From positions 20,731 through 84,730 of the forward strand of contig JBDGQO010000049.1 of the NCBI GenBank assembly GCA_042219045.1: 64,000 bases of DNA, written 5' to 3'. Shown piece after piece: positions 54,901-64,000 of the stretch; the stretch's first letter is position 1, and every line of letters begins with the position of its first letter. The position numbers were made by a program, and so were the translations under genes. Origin of the DNA: Candidatus Bipolaricaulia bacterium. Lineage in GTDB: Bacteria > Bipolaricaulota > Bipolaricaulia > RBG-16-55-9. Below the pieces are notes generated by a model. It did not search any database. It had not been told where the DNA came from and saw only the letters and a list, made by a program, of their open reading frames with translations.

Positions 54901-56202
54901 GTGCCAGAGGCGATGACCCACGCGCACCGCGTCGTCATCGTCGGCGGCGGCTTCGGGGGATTGGAAGCCGCAAAAGCGCTCGGCAAGGCACCCGTCGAGG
55001 TGACGCTCATCGACCGGCGGAATTTCCACCTCTTCCAGCCGCTGTTGTATCAGGTCGCCACGAGCGGGCTCTCCCCGGCCAACATCGCGCAGCCGCTGCG
55101 CGGGATTCTTAAGCGCTACCGGAATGTCGACGTCGTGCTGGGCGAGGTCGTCGACATTCGGGTGGACGAGGGCGCCGTCGTGCTGCGCGACGGCGCGACG
55201 ATTGCCTACGACTCGTTGATCGTCTCGACCGGAGCGACGCATCACTACTTCGGCAACGACGCCTGGGCCGAGCACGCGCCCGGGCTCAAGACGATCGAGA
55301 ACGCCACCGAGATCCGAAGTCGGATGCTGCGCGCCTTCGAAGCCGCCGAGCGCGAGGGCGATACCGAACGGGCCGAGGCCTGGCTCACGTTCGTCATCGT
55401 CGGGGCCGGGCCGACGGGCGTCGAATTGGCCGGGGCGCTGGCCGAGATCGCCAAGGACACCCTCCGTTACGACTTCCGGCACATCGACCCGACGCGCGCT
55501 CGAATCCTGCTCGTCGAGGGCGTCGATCGCGTGCTGCCTCCGTATCCGCCGGATCTGTCCCGGCGGGCCAGGGCGTCGCTGGAGAAGCTCGGGGTGGAGG
55601 TGCGCACCGGCACCATGGTCTCGGACATCCAGCCCGACTCGGCGACCTTGACCGTGGGCGATGCGTCGGAGCGGATAGCCACGCACACGGTCATCTGGGC
55701 GGCGGGCGTCAAGGCGTCGCCTTTGGGCCAAGTTCTCGCCGATCGGACCGGGGCTGACCAGGATCGGCCCGGCCGCATCGTCGTGGAACCCGACTGCACG
55801 GTGCCCGGCCATCCGGAGATCTTCGTCGTCGGCGACTTGGCGCATCACGCTCACGAGTCGGCCGAGCCGCTGCCGGGCGTTGCGCCGGTCGCCATTCAGC
55901 AGGGCCGCTTCGCCGCTCGGGCCATCCAAGCTCGCCTCATGGGTAAATCCGTCGGAACGTTCCGATATCTGGATCTCGGCAATATGGCCGTGATCGGCCG
56001 GCACGCGGGGGTAGCTGACATCCGAGGCCTCAAGCTGTCCGGCTATCTCGCCTGGCTGGCGTGGCTGTTCATTCACCTGATGAAACTGGTCGGGTTCCAG
56101 AACCGGGCCTTGGTGTTCATGCAATGGGCCTGGCGTTATCTGACACACAACCGAACGGCCCGTTTGATCACGCACCGGTCGGGTGACCCTCGCTCGGATT
56201 GA
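54901..56202 (+). CDS. ndh: Type II NADH:quinone oxidoreductase (NDH-2)
   Basis: VVIVGGGFGGLEAAK, FVIVGAGPTGVELAG, VVGD..., and a C-terminal membrane-association helix. Alternative start ATG 54913. Confidence 0.85.
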   Translation: MPEAMTHAHRVVIVGGGFGGLEAAKALGKAPVEVTLIDRRNFHLFQPLLYQVATSGLSPANIAQPLRGILKRYRNVDVVLGEVVDIRVDEGAVVLRDGATIAYDSLIVSTGATHHYFGNDAWAEHAPGLKTIENATEIRSRMLRAFEAAEREGDTERAEAWLTFVIVGAGPTGVELAGALAEIAKDTLRYDFRHIDPTRARILLVEGVDRVLPPYPPDLSRRARASLEKLGVEVRTGTMVSDIQPDSATLTVGDASERIATHTVIWAAGVKASPLGQVLADRTGADQDRPGRIVVEPDCTVPGHPEIFVVGDLAHHAHESAEPLPGVAPVAIQQGRFAARAIQARLMGKSVGTFRYLDLGNMAVIGRHAGVADIRGLKLSGYLAWLAWLFIHLMKLVGFQNRALVFMQWAWRYLTHNRTARLITHRSGDPRSD

Positions 56203-56208
56203 CGCCAA

Positions 56209-56490
56209 TCATCGCTCCATGCCGATCGAAAACATCGCCTCCAGATCATGGCGGGAAAACGCTCGGAACGCGATAAGCGTCTCCGTCTGCTCGATGCCCT
56301 CGATGTGGACCATCTGATTGGTGACGACCTCGGCGAGGTCGTCGTTCGTCTCCACACGGAGAATCGCGACGAGGTCGAAGCGCCCGCCGACCGAGTAGAC
56401 TTCCGTGACTCCGTCGATCTCCACGAGCTGCTCCGCGACGTTGTTGACGTCCTGCGGCTCGACGTTCATCAACACGATGGACGTGACCAT
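56209..56490 (-). CDS. Stand-alone Lrp/AsnC ligand-binding (RAM) domain protein
   Basis: 93 aa, with no HTH. EIDGVTEVYSVGGRFDLVAILRV is typical of the AsnC_trans_reg domain. Confidence 0.75.
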   Translation of the reverse strand: MVTSIVLMNVEPQDVNNVAEQLVEIDGVTEVYSVGGRFDLVAILRVETNDDLAEVVTNQMVHIEGIEQTETLIAFRAFSRHDLEAMFSIGMER

Positions 56491-56518
56491 GCTGGCACCT
56501 CCCAGTGATCATTGTGCG

Positions 56519-57436
56519 TCATTGGTTGATCAAGACCAAAGCCAGAATCGTCAGACCAACAGCCGCCTTCTCCAGACGGTTGAGTCGTTCGCCGAAGACC
56601 GTGACGCCGACGAGGTTGATGACGAGGATCGTGCCCGCGCCAAACGCGGGAAACGCCACGGCCGCCGGGACCGTCTCCAGGGCGCGGATGAGGAAGAACG
56701 AGGAGAACAGATTGGGCACGCCGACCATCAGCCCCGTCAGCAGGTCGCGACGCTGAGTGGCGCGTGAGCTTCGTAACGTAGTGACGAGGCTGTAGCCGAA
56801 CGCCGAGGCGAACGTGACGAGCAAGAAGAGGGACTGATGCTCGAGCCAGCCGTACTTTTGAAAAACCTTGTTGCTGAATTCGGCGATTCCCCCGAAGAGA
56901 AACAAGAGAACCAAGCTCAACCGAATGGCTCGACCGGCGTTCAGCTCTGAGGGCCAATGGACGATGACGATCGAGAGCAACGCCAGCGCAATGCCGATCC
57001 ATTGAATGGTCGTCGGAAATTCCTGCCAGAGCACGAGCGATAGCGACATCGGAACGAGGATTCCCAGCTTGATAAACGCGCCTGCGAGACCGACGCCCTG
57101 CTCGCGGATGCTCTTCTGGTAGTAGATGAACGCCAGAAAGAAGAACGCGCCGGCGCCCAGCCCGACGATGACGGCCCACAGCGCGCTGGAGGCCACGGGC
57201 AGTTTGTCGCCCGTGAGGACGAAGACGGACCGCAACTCCGCCAGCGACGCGCCGAGGGAAAAGCCGCCGTCGGGCATGGTCAGGCCGGTAATCCCCAAGA
57301 GCCCAGCACTCAACGCGGCGGCCATGAGATAGTTGGCCGTGGTGACCGCGTAGCGGTTCATGCCGGCTGTCTCGCTGTGCTTGAAGATGAGCGCAATGGA
57401 AGAACTGCAGACAATGGCCAGGGCGAGATAAATCAT
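56519..57436 (-). CDS. DMT-superfamily (EamA-like) membrane transporter
   Basis: 10 predicted TM helices with a two-repeat architecture. Confidence 0.65.
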   Translation of the reverse strand: MIYLALAIVCSSSIALIFKHSETAGMNRYAVTTANYLMAAALSAGLLGITGLTMPDGGFSLGASLAELRSVFVLTGDKLPVASSALWAVIVGLGAGAFFFLAFIYYQKSIREQGVGLAGAFIKLGILVPMSLSLVLWQEFPTTIQWIGIALALLSIVIVHWPSELNAGRAIRLSLVLLFLFGGIAEFSNKVFQKYGWLEHQSLFLLVTFASAFGYSLVTTLRSSRATQRRDLLTGLMVGVPNLFSSFFLIRALETVPAAVAFPAFGAGTILVINLVGVTVFGERLNRLEKAAVGLTILALVLINQ

Positions 57437-57529
57437 CGTGTCAGCGCAGATCGAGTGCGATGGGCGGCAAGCCGATGGTGCGCTATGCTAAGGTGGCACG
57501 CCGACAAGCAAGGAGCAACCTCGACTCGC

Positions 57530-57736
57530 ATGAAGCGCGGACGACACTTCTGGGGGCGCGTATTGGTGTTGATCGGCGTTGCAGCTTGGGTCCCCTACGC
57601 TATTCAGGCGTACGGGCTCGGCCACGAGGTCGCCATGCAGCCCTATCTAGCGGCCCACCTCGTTGGCGTTATTCCCGGCTCCTTGCTGTTGCACGGGGAT
57701 AAACTCCTCCGACTTATCGGCTCCGACGAGAGCTAG
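57530..57736 (+). CDS. Hypothetical small membrane protein
   Basis: 68 aa with two hydrophobic helices. Weak or distant SD. Could be non-coding. Confidence 0.3.
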   Translation: MKRGRHFWGRVLVLIGVAAWVPYAIQAYGLGHEVAMQPYLAAHLVGVIPGSLLLHGDKLLRLIGSDES

Positions 57737-57764
57737 TCGCGTCGGGCGCGTCGTCTCGTTACGG

Positions 57765-57989
57765 CTACGCGGCGCTCTGTTCCTCGTCGAGCGTAAAGCC
57801 GATGCGGACGCGGACTTGCCAATAACTGACCCGTTGATCGTCGATGTAGCCGCGGGTCTCGAGCACTTCGAACCACCGGAGGTTGCGCAGGGTCTCGGCC
57901 GCGCGCGCAACGGCGTTCTCCACGGCGCCTTCCATGGAGTCCGATGACGACCCCACGAGCTCGATCGTCTTGTAGACGTGATCCGGCAT
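57765..57989 (-). CDS. Dodecin-family flavin-binding protein
   Basis: [14 protein letters not shown]...A...[11 protein letters not shown]...RG is the conserved dodecin pattern. 74 aa. Confidence 0.85.
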   Translation of the reverse strand: MPDHVYKTIELVGSSSDSMEGAVENAVARAAETLRNLRWFEVLETRGYIDDQRVSYWQVRVRIGFTLDEEQSAA

Positions 57990-58117
57990 AGATGTCCTCC
58001 TTATCGACGAAATAGCTTAGTCCCTCCAGCGTAGCTGACTGGCTCGAATGGAGGCAATCGCCGCGATGAACCCATAGCTGGCCTCAAACGTCCCCACCAC
58101 GCGATTGTCGAGCATGC

Positions 58118-58208
58118 TACAGACCACCGCACAAGTCGAGCCAACCTACGGTCGCAACGTTGGCCCCGCTGGGCAACTGACTTGACTGGACTTTCGCGGT
58201 GATCAGTA
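58118..58208 (+). repeat. Copy C of the about 92-bp palindromic intergenic repeat (2-nt shorter)
   Basis: Aligns with copies A and B over its full length. It has GCTGGGCAACTG where A and B have GCTGACAGCAACTG. Confidence 0.85.
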
Positions 58209-58400
58209 AGTGGCTATCGTTGGTCAGCGAGGGAGTCTATGAACCAGACGAACATTGAGCGTGCGACTGACGCCGTATCGGGTTTGGATCTGAGCAGCAA
58301 CACAACGTCACGGTCATCGGCACTTCTTTGACGCGAGCCGTAGACGTGCACGAATCAAGGTGCTAATATCTTGACAGTTCTTGCGAATAAAGGGGGCTTT

Positions 58401-58718
58401 ATGGGTTACCTCAAGTCGTCAGTGGGAGGGATCGGGAGCGGCCTCGTGGCCGCTGTGGCTCTTGGCCTGCTCTTCTATCTCACCGTCGTCAGTGGAGATG
58501 GCATGAATACCGCCAGAAATACGATGTTAGCCATCGTGCTCGTCATCGGCTTTCTCGCGGGCGTCGGTGCCCATAGCGTGATCGCCAAGATCCGCGCGAT
58601 GCCGCCATCCGGTAGCGAGACGGGCGGCACCAATGCGCCGAAATACGACGACAGCGGCTATCCGCCGAAAAACGCGGATATCATGGGCGGCGGCATGGGG
58701 GATGCGGATGACGGATGA
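58401..58718 (+). CDS. Hypothetical membrane protein
   Basis: SD AAAGGGGG before ATG 58401. Two TM helices and a Gly-rich tail. The end overlaps the next gene's start. Confidence 0.5.
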   Translation: MGYLKSSVGGIGSGLVAAVALGLLFYLTVVSGDGMNTARNTMLAIVLVIGFLAGVGAHSVIAKIRAMPPSGSETGGTNAPKYDDSGYPPKNADIMGGGMGDADDG

Positions 58719-59292
58719 CGCACGTGGGACCGACCAAGAGAACCCAGCCGACGGTCAGACCGAGCTCGCGGTCTCGACCGCCAGAGCGCAACTCGTGAGC
58801 TTGCCGATTGCCGCCGTCCTCATGTTGCTGATCACGATCCCTTATGGGGCGATCCATGGCCCCGAGCAGGTCGGTCAAATCGGCCGTTTCTTCAGCAACT
58901 GGTCGTGGATCCCGACCTTGTTGGGCGGGATCATCGTGCATGAACTCCTGCATGGCCTCACCTGGGCTTGGGCCAGCAACCACAGCATGGCGAGCGTCAC
59001 GATGGGGGTCCAGTGGAAATCCTTGACGCCGTATGCCCACATCTCCAGGCCCATTCCGGCTCATGCGTACCGCTTGGGCGCCGCGATGCCCCTGATCGTC
59101 CTGGGCCTGTTGCCGTATCTTGCAAGCCTTGTCCTAGTGGACGGCTGGCTGCTGGGATTTTCGCTGGTTTTCACCATAGCCGCCGCTGGGGACGTTTTGA
59201 TTCTCGGATTGATCCGGCACGTCGATTCCGACCACTGGGTGAAGGACCATCCCACCAAGGCTGGCATTATGGGCGTGCAGTCAGATCATTGA
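58702..59292 (+). CDS. DUF3267 domain protein (putative membrane zincin metallopeptidase)
   Basis: HELLHG (HExxH) within a polytopic membrane protein. Start ATG 58702 is inside ORF 58633..59292. Confidence 0.65.
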   Translation: MRMTDDARGTDQENPADGQTELAVSTARAQLVSLPIAAVLMLLITIPYGAIHGPEQVGQIGRFFSNWSWIPTLLGGIIVHELLHGLTWAWASNHSMASVTMGVQWKSLTPYAHISRPIPAHAYRLGAAMPLIVLGLLPYLASLVLVDGWLLGFSLVFTIAAAGDVLILGLIRHVDSDHWVKDHPTKAGIMGVQSDH

Positions 59293-59336
59293 CGGGCTGG
59301 CATCGAGCCGGACCGGATATGGACAAGCGGGCGTCG

Positions 59337-59546
59337 TTACGCCAGCGGGCCGGGTTCGGGCAAATCCTCCACGGGCGTGTCGACATGGCGATCTCCCTCC
59401 TCGACGAGCATGACCGGGATGTCGTCTCGGATGGGATACTTGCGCCCGCACTCCCCGCAGACGAGCCACTGGTCGCGGACCAGCTCAACAGGGGTCTTGC
59501 AGGACGGGCAGGCCAATATATCCAGCAGTTCGTCGTTGATCGCCAT
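59337..59546 (-). CDS. Trm112-family (UPF0434) zinc-ribbon protein
   Basis: LLDILACPSCK...LVCGECGRKYPIRDDIPVML matches the Trm112/YcaR pattern. Confidence 0.85.
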   Translation of the reverse strand: MAINDELLDILACPSCKTPVELVRDQWLVCGECGRKYPIRDDIPVMLVEEGDRHVDTPVEDLPEPGPLA

Positions 59547-59567
59547 ATCGGTGCCTCCTCCAGCTCT

Positions 59568-60662
59568 TTATACCGCGTCGGATTCGGAGGCGACAACGTA
59601 GATCCGCGCTGAGGCTTCCGGAACCGTGAGCTCGAGCTCGTGCCCCTCCGCCGACATCCACGATGCGTCGGGATCCGGAAGCTTGACGAGCCAGCGTTGG
59701 TCGGCGGCTTCCACGTGGAGCACCAGCGCGTCGCCGACGAACTCCCGCGCACGCACGACGCCGGGCAGTCGATTGGGTCCCTCGTCGTTGATGCCGAGGT
59801 GCTCCGGCCGGATCAGCACGCAGACCGCTTGTCCGATGTCCATTGACGTGAATGCCTCGGTCTCCACTCGCATGGACCGTTTGTCGCTCAGTTGGACCAC
59901 GACGGAGGCCTCATCGACCTCGGCGATCCGTCCGCGGATCAGGTTACCGCGTCCGATGAAGTCCGCCACGAACGGCGTAACGGGATCGTGATAGAGCGCC
60001 CACGGCGAGGCCATTTGCGCTATCTGGCCCGCGTTCATGACCGCCATCCGATCGGCAATGGCCAGCGCTTCCTCTTGATCATGGGTCACGTAGACGGTCG
60101 TGACGCCCAACTCGCGCTGGATGCGGCGAATTTCCAAGCGGAGCCGATCTCGCAGTTGGACGTCGAGCGCGCTGAGAGGCTCGTCCAAGAGGAGAATCCT
60201 CGGATTCGGGGCCAGCGCCCGCGCCAGCGCCACGCGCTGTTGCTGCCCGGCGGAGAGCTCGTCGGGCCGTCTGGTCTCGTAGCCCGGCAAGTCCAGAAGC
60301 TCCAACAGCTCTTGGACGCGATCCCCCTTGTTGACCCGCTGGTCGGCGAACTTGAGACCGTAGCCGACGTTGTCGAAGACGCTCATGTGCGGAAAGAGCG
60401 CGTAGTTTTGGAACACGATGCCGACATTGCGCGCCTCCGGCGGCACGCCGAGCACGCTGCGGGATCCGAGTCGAATCTCGCCCGCATCCGGCCGATCGAA
60501 GCCGGCAATCAGGCGCAGCAGCGTCGTCTTGCCGCAACCCGACGGCCCCACGAGCACGAGCAGCTCGCCCTCGTCGACGCCCAGCGACACCCCGTCCACG
60601 GCGCGGACCTCGCCAAAGGTTTTGCGAAGATCGGTCAGTTGGATCGCGCTTGCGTCGCTCAT
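59568..60662 (-). CDS. ABC transporter ATP-binding protein (PotA/FbpC/ThiQ-type importer ATPase with a C-terminal TOBE-like domain)
   Basis: Walker A GPSGCGKTT, LSAGQQQRVALARAL and LLLDEPLSALD. The ATG 60662 overlaps the permease stop (ATGA). Confidence 0.85.
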   Translation of the reverse strand: MSDASAIQLTDLRKTFGEVRAVDGVSLGVDEGELLVLVGPSGCGKTTLLRLIAGFDRPDAGEIRLGSRSVLGVPPEARNVGIVFQNYALFPHMSVFDNVGYGLKFADQRVNKGDRVQELLELLDLPGYETRRPDELSAGQQQRVALARALAPNPRILLLDEPLSALDVQLRDRLRLEIRRIQRELGVTTVYVTHDQEEALAIADRMAVMNAGQIAQMASPWALYHDPVTPFVADFIGRGNLIRGRIAEVDEASVVVQLSDKRSMRVETEAFTSMDIGQAVCVLIRPEHLGINDEGPNRLPGVVRAREFVGDALVLHVEAADQRWLVKLPDPDASWMSAEGHELELTVPEASARIYVVASESDAV

Positions 60663-62341
60663 AGGTCGCGAAACGTCCGGTCGCCAAATCGATCGATCAG
60701 GACAAACGCCAGCGTCAACACGGCCATCATGATAACGCTCATCGCGCTGGCGGCGCTGAACTCGCGCGCTGCCAGCAGGTGATACACGGCCACGGGCATC
60801 GTGAGCAAGCCCGGCTCGGCCAGCATGAGCGTCGCGCTCGTCTCCGCGATGCTGATGGCGAAGGCGAACGCCGCGCCCGTCAGGAGGCTGCCCTGGATGA
60901 GCGGCAACCGCACGTCCCGTGTTGCTCGCCACGGGGAGGCGCCGAGCGAGCGGGCAGCGTCGGTCAGGTTGCCCTCAAGACGCTCCAGCGCCGGCCGTAC
61001 CACGCGGATGACGAACGGGATCGCCAAAGCCGAGTGGGCGACCACGACGACGATCCAGGTGCCGCTGATCTCAAGCGGCGGCTGGTTGAAGACCCGCAGC
61101 AGGGCCAGGCCGAGCGCCACCGACGAGATCGCCAACGGCGCCATGGCCACCGTTTCGAGCGGAGCCCGCCCGCGCAGGCGTCGCTGCGCCAGCATCGTCG
61201 CCAGCAGGGTCCCACACACGAGCGCGATCGCCATGGTCGCGCCGGCGAAGCTGAAGCTGTTGATTACGGACTGTAAGGGTGAAGCCCCGATCAGCGAGGA
61301 GAACCCCTGAGCGAAGACTTCGCGATAGCCGTCCAAGCTGACGACGACGGTGTTCTGCCAGGGTTTGCTGACCGAGTCGACGACCACGGCCAGCATGGGC
61401 CCGAGGAACAGCAAAATGCTGAGCGCGAGGAAGCCGTACAGCCCCGCGCGACGAAGCAGCGTCCAGCCCCCGACAAACAGCGGTTTTCTCCGTCGGGGTG
61501 CCTCCAGTCGGACTTGCCGCGCGTAGCGGCGCTCGATGGCGAGATACCCCACGGTGAACAGCAAGGCGATCAGCAGTTCCAGCGTCGCCAGCGTCGCGGC
61601 CTCGGCGTAGTTGATCTGTACGATGGCTTGGCGATAGATCTCGACCTCGAGGGTGCTGAACCTCGCGCCGCCGAGGGCCAAGACGATGGGAAAGCTCAAA
61701 AAGGAGTAGATAAACGCGAGCGTGGCGCCGCTGACGATCGAGGGCGCGAGCATGGGCAATGTGACGTTGACGAACGCGCGTCGCGGCGAGGCGCCGAGCG
61801 CGCGGGCGCTCTCCTCGTAGCTTGGCGAGAGCCGTTCCCAAGCCGCGGCCGTGAAGCGGGTCACGATGGGCGCGTTGTAGAACGCATGCGCCAGGACGAT
61901 GCCGACGAGCGAATAGAGAATGCTCAAGGGTGGGTTCTCTAGGTTGAACAGCGACATCAGGGTTTCGTTCAGGATTCCGGCGTTGCCGAAGACGAGCACG
62001 AAGCCCAACGCCACCGTAATGGGCGGAAGCGTAAACGGCACGATGGTCAATGAGCGGATGAGCCGCTGGCCGGGGAAGCGGTAGGTAGCGAGGACGTAGG
62101 CCAGCGGCAGCCCGATCGCGACGCTGGCGAGGGTGCTGAGCAACGCCTGCACGACGGTGAAGCGCGCCACGCCCTGGATGTAGGGATCGCTCACGAGCTC
62201 CCCGACCCGAGCCAATCCGTCGGGACTGCCGAGCCCGCGCAGGATCAACCCGCCGAGCGGGACGTAGAAGAAAATGCCGAGAAAGAGCAACGGCAGGGCG
62301 AGCACGCCCGCCCTGCCGAGGGTCGACCACAATCGAGACAT
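60659..62341 (-). CDS. ABC transporter permease, fused double-domain (ThiP/FbpB-like)
   Basis: 560 aa, about 12 TM helices, with two EAA-loop regions (EESARALGASPRRAF; TDAARSLGASPWRAT). Confidence 0.8.
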   Translation of the reverse strand: MSRLWSTLGRAGVLALPLLFLGIFFYVPLGGLILRGLGSPDGLARVGELVSDPYIQGVARFTVVQALLSTLASVAIGLPLAYVLATYRFPGQRLIRSLTIVPFTLPPITVALGFVLVFGNAGILNETLMSLFNLENPPLSILYSLVGIVLAHAFYNAPIVTRFTAAAWERLSPSYEESARALGASPRRAFVNVTLPMLAPSIVSGATLAFIYSFLSFPIVLALGGARFSTLEVEIYRQAIVQINYAEAATLATLELLIALLFTVGYLAIERRYARQVRLEAPRRRKPLFVGGWTLLRRAGLYGFLALSILLFLGPMLAVVVDSVSKPWQNTVVVSLDGYREVFAQGFSSLIGASPLQSVINSFSFAGATMAIALVCGTLLATMLAQRRLRGRAPLETVAMAPLAISSVALGLALLRVFNQPPLEISGTWIVVVVAHSALAIPFVIRVVRPALERLEGNLTDAARSLGASPWRATRDVRLPLIQGSLLTGAAFAFAISIAETSATLMLAEPGLLTMPVAVYHLLAAREFSAASAMSVIMMAVLTLAFVLIDRFGDRTFRDL

Positions 62342-62355
62342 CGAGGGATGCCGTG

Positions 62356-63414
62356 CTATTGCAGGGCCTCACGCACCCAGCGGTCGACCCAATCGTCGAG
62401 GTTGGCTGTGACCCGTTCACTTGGCAGTCTCACGGGATCTTCCGGAGTGACCACGTTCTGCCACCAGACGTTGCGCACGCGGGCGTTGTTGCTGGCCGGG
62501 ATCATCCATTCGGTCTCGGCCAGCTCGCTCTGAACGTCGGCGGAAAGCATGACGTTCAAGAACTGTCGGGCCAGATCCGGCTGATCCGTGCCGCGCACAA
62601 CGCCCATGCCGAAGATGGTGCGATAGGCTTGGTTCTCCAGCGTCAGCACGCGGAGGTTGTCGCTGTCGTTGACGATGACGTCGAAGGCGTGGTCGGTGGA
62701 GAAGCTGACCATCATGGGCGCCTCGCCGTCGGTGAACAGCTGGAATGCCTGGCTCCAGCCTTGGGTGATCGTCAAGACGTTGGGCATCAGCTTTTGCCAG
62801 TAGTCGATGTAGCCGTCCTCGCCCTTTTGGGCGATCGTCCAGAGCAGGAACGACAACCCCGGACTCGAGGTACGGGGATCCTGCACGATGAGCGAGTCGC
62901 GGTAGCGCTCGCTCAGCAGCTCCTCGAACGTGCGCGGGACATCGCTGGGGTCGATCTGCTCCGTGTCGTAGACGAGCGTAATGAAGCCGTGCTCGTAGGG
63001 AATCAGACGGTTGGCGGGATCGAACTGGATGTCGGCCGGCACGTTCTTCAGATTCGGGACGTCTTCGGTAGAGAGTTGTTGAAAAACGTCGTTCTCGCGG
63101 GCGGTGCCGAGGTCGTTGACCTCCACGCCCACGAACGCGTCGGCGTTGGTACCGCCGGACTCGCGCTCCGAGATCAGCTTGGACAGCATGGTGCGACTGT
63201 CGGCGGTCGCGACGAAGCGGACGTCGCGGCCCGTCTCTTCCTTGAACTTAGTGGAGACCACATCCGCGGCGCCGAAGGAGACGAAGCTGTCGTAGGTGTA
63301 GACCGCGAGCGGATCGTCACTTTGGGCACTGGATACGGTCGGCTGGCCAACCAACAGACCAACCAGACCGAGCACCAGCGCGAGCGCCGTCCATCGTCGA
63401 GTCATAAGTCTCAT
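62356..63414 (-). CDS. ABC transporter substrate-binding protein, thiamine-binding (TbpA)-like
   Basis: Signal peptide. LAVYTYDSF... resembles the TbpA N-terminal block. The Fe(III)-type family cannot be excluded. Confidence 0.6.
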   Translation of the reverse strand: MRLMTRRWTALALVLGLVGLLVGQPTVSSAQSDDPLAVYTYDSFVSFGAADVVSTKFKEETGRDVRFVATADSRTMLSKLISERESGGTNADAFVGVEVNDLGTARENDVFQQLSTEDVPNLKNVPADIQFDPANRLIPYEHGFITLVYDTEQIDPSDVPRTFEELLSERYRDSLIVQDPRTSSPGLSFLLWTIAQKGEDGYIDYWQKLMPNVLTITQGWSQAFQLFTDGEAPMMVSFSTDHAFDVIVNDSDNLRVLTLENQAYRTIFGMGVVRGTDQPDLARQFLNVMLSADVQSELAETEWMIPASNNARVRNVWWQNVVTPEDPVRLPSERVTANLDDWVDRWVREALQ

Positions 63415-63435
63415 CCCTCCTGGGAACGCTTGGGC

Positions 63436-64000
63436 TTAGCGCCAACCGCGCTCGACGGCCTTCTGATACGCCCGCCAGTACGGATCGTCGGTGGGGGGCG
63501 TCCAGGGGCGTTCGTGGCCGTCGGCGATCAGCGTGAACGCCGTCTCGCGGGTGAGCTCGCCGACATCAGCAGCGGGGATTCCGTCGTCTCCCAGCGCGTC
63601 CACGACCGCCTCGGCTTGGGCGGGCCGTGCGGCAACGAGCAACGACCCCTCGCTGAGGCCGACCGTCGGGTCGATCCCGAACAGCTCCGCGATCTCGGCC
63701 GTCTCCTTGGCGATGGGAACCCGCTCGAGCTCGACGCGGGCGCCCAGCTCGGCGGCCGTGGCGAGCTCATAGAGCGCACCGAGGACGCCGCCCTCGGTGG
63801 CGTCGTGCAGGGCGGACACGCCCTCGCCGCGACGTCCCACCGACAGCGCCGCTTGCGCGTCGGCCCTGACCGAATAGTGACCCAGCAGGTCTTGGGCCGT
63901 CGACCGGAACGGCTTGCCGAACGCCGTGCGGATCGTCTCCGGGAACGCCCGCGCCAACAGCCCCGTCGTGGCGATCATGGCGCCCTTGGTGACGATGAGG
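63436..64000 (-). CDS. AIR synthase-related (PurM/ThiL/HypE superfamily) protein, N-terminus outside the window
   Basis: The reading frame is open to base 64000. The C-terminal domain pattern is DATEGGVLGALYELA...GSLLVAA. Confidence 0.55.
   Translation of the reverse strand, partial: LIVTKGAMIATTGLLARAFPETIRTAFGKPFRSTAQDLLGHYSVRADAQAALSVGRRGEGVSALHDATEGGVLGALYELATAAELGARVELERVPIAKETAEIAELFGIDPTVGLSEGSLLVAARPAQAEAVVDALGDDGIPAADVGELTRETAFTLIADGHERPWTPPTDDPYWRAYQKAVERGWR

Noticed and set aside
1-64000. CRISPR arrays, rRNA genes, IS transposases, integrases and prophage genes.
   Set aside because: None were found. The only dispersed repeat is the three-copy 92-bp element, and the only tandem repeat is a 27-bp coding microsatellite.

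Overview
High-GC bacterial chromosomal segment (roughly 60-65% by eye, not computed). It is densely coding: about 65 CDS and one tRNA, with no rRNA, CRISPR array, transposase or integrase. Lineage cannot be determined from this window. SD-type ribosome-binding sites are common, and many long alternative-frame ORFs in the track are GC-driven shadow ORFs.

Content from left to right:
- 1-5.8 kb: a truncated aminotransferase, a Cys-rich mini-ORF, a DUF123/GIY-YIG protein, a 1000-aa SARP-NB-ARC-TPR regulator and a YVTN beta-propeller.
- 5.8-10.2 kb: a ZIP transporter, tdh, a CBS/ACT protein and a DUF2207 membrane protein.
- 10.3-19 kb: a metal-homeostasis cluster. It holds DUF2007, a Fur-family (Zur-like) regulator, a cluster A-I metal ABC transporter, a His-rich secreted protein, a P19/FTP-like iron protein, a Tat-dependent Dyp/EfeB peroxidase, a membrane-anchored protein and a PGCG-motif permease.
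- 20.1-27.3 kb: a nine-gene caa3-type cytochrome c oxidase operon. It encodes CoxII-cyt c, CoxI, two subunit-III paralogues, CoxIV, a small membrane protein, a lipoprotein cytochrome c, CtaB and DUF420.
- 27.4-33 kb: a LonC-like protease and a about 980-aa S8 peptidase.
- 33.2-43.2 kb: a nicotinamidase-like hydrolase, an archaeal-type GAPDH homologue, gyrA, tyrS, a HIT protein, proS and a second DUF2007 protein.
- 43.9-59.5 kb: a 2TM K+ channel, DUF4397, an M23 peptidase, DoxX, UDG, tRNA-Gly(CCC), glmS, a serine hydrolase, NDH-2 and dodecin.
- 59.6-64 kb: a TbpA-type ABC importer and a truncated AIR-synthase-related gene.

No clear multi-gene novel system is evident. The most unusual items are:
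- A three-copy, about 92-bp, TA-flanked palindromic repeat (MITE/REP-like). One copy sits inside the metal ABC operon.
- An orphan proteasome/HslV-like Ntn-hydrolase ORF next to the second repeat copy.
- A P19-EfeB iron module with no FTR1/EfeU permease.
- A 668-bp non-coding gap upstream of the K+ channel.
- A near-identical 75-nt tract shared by two cytochrome c domains of the oxidase operon.
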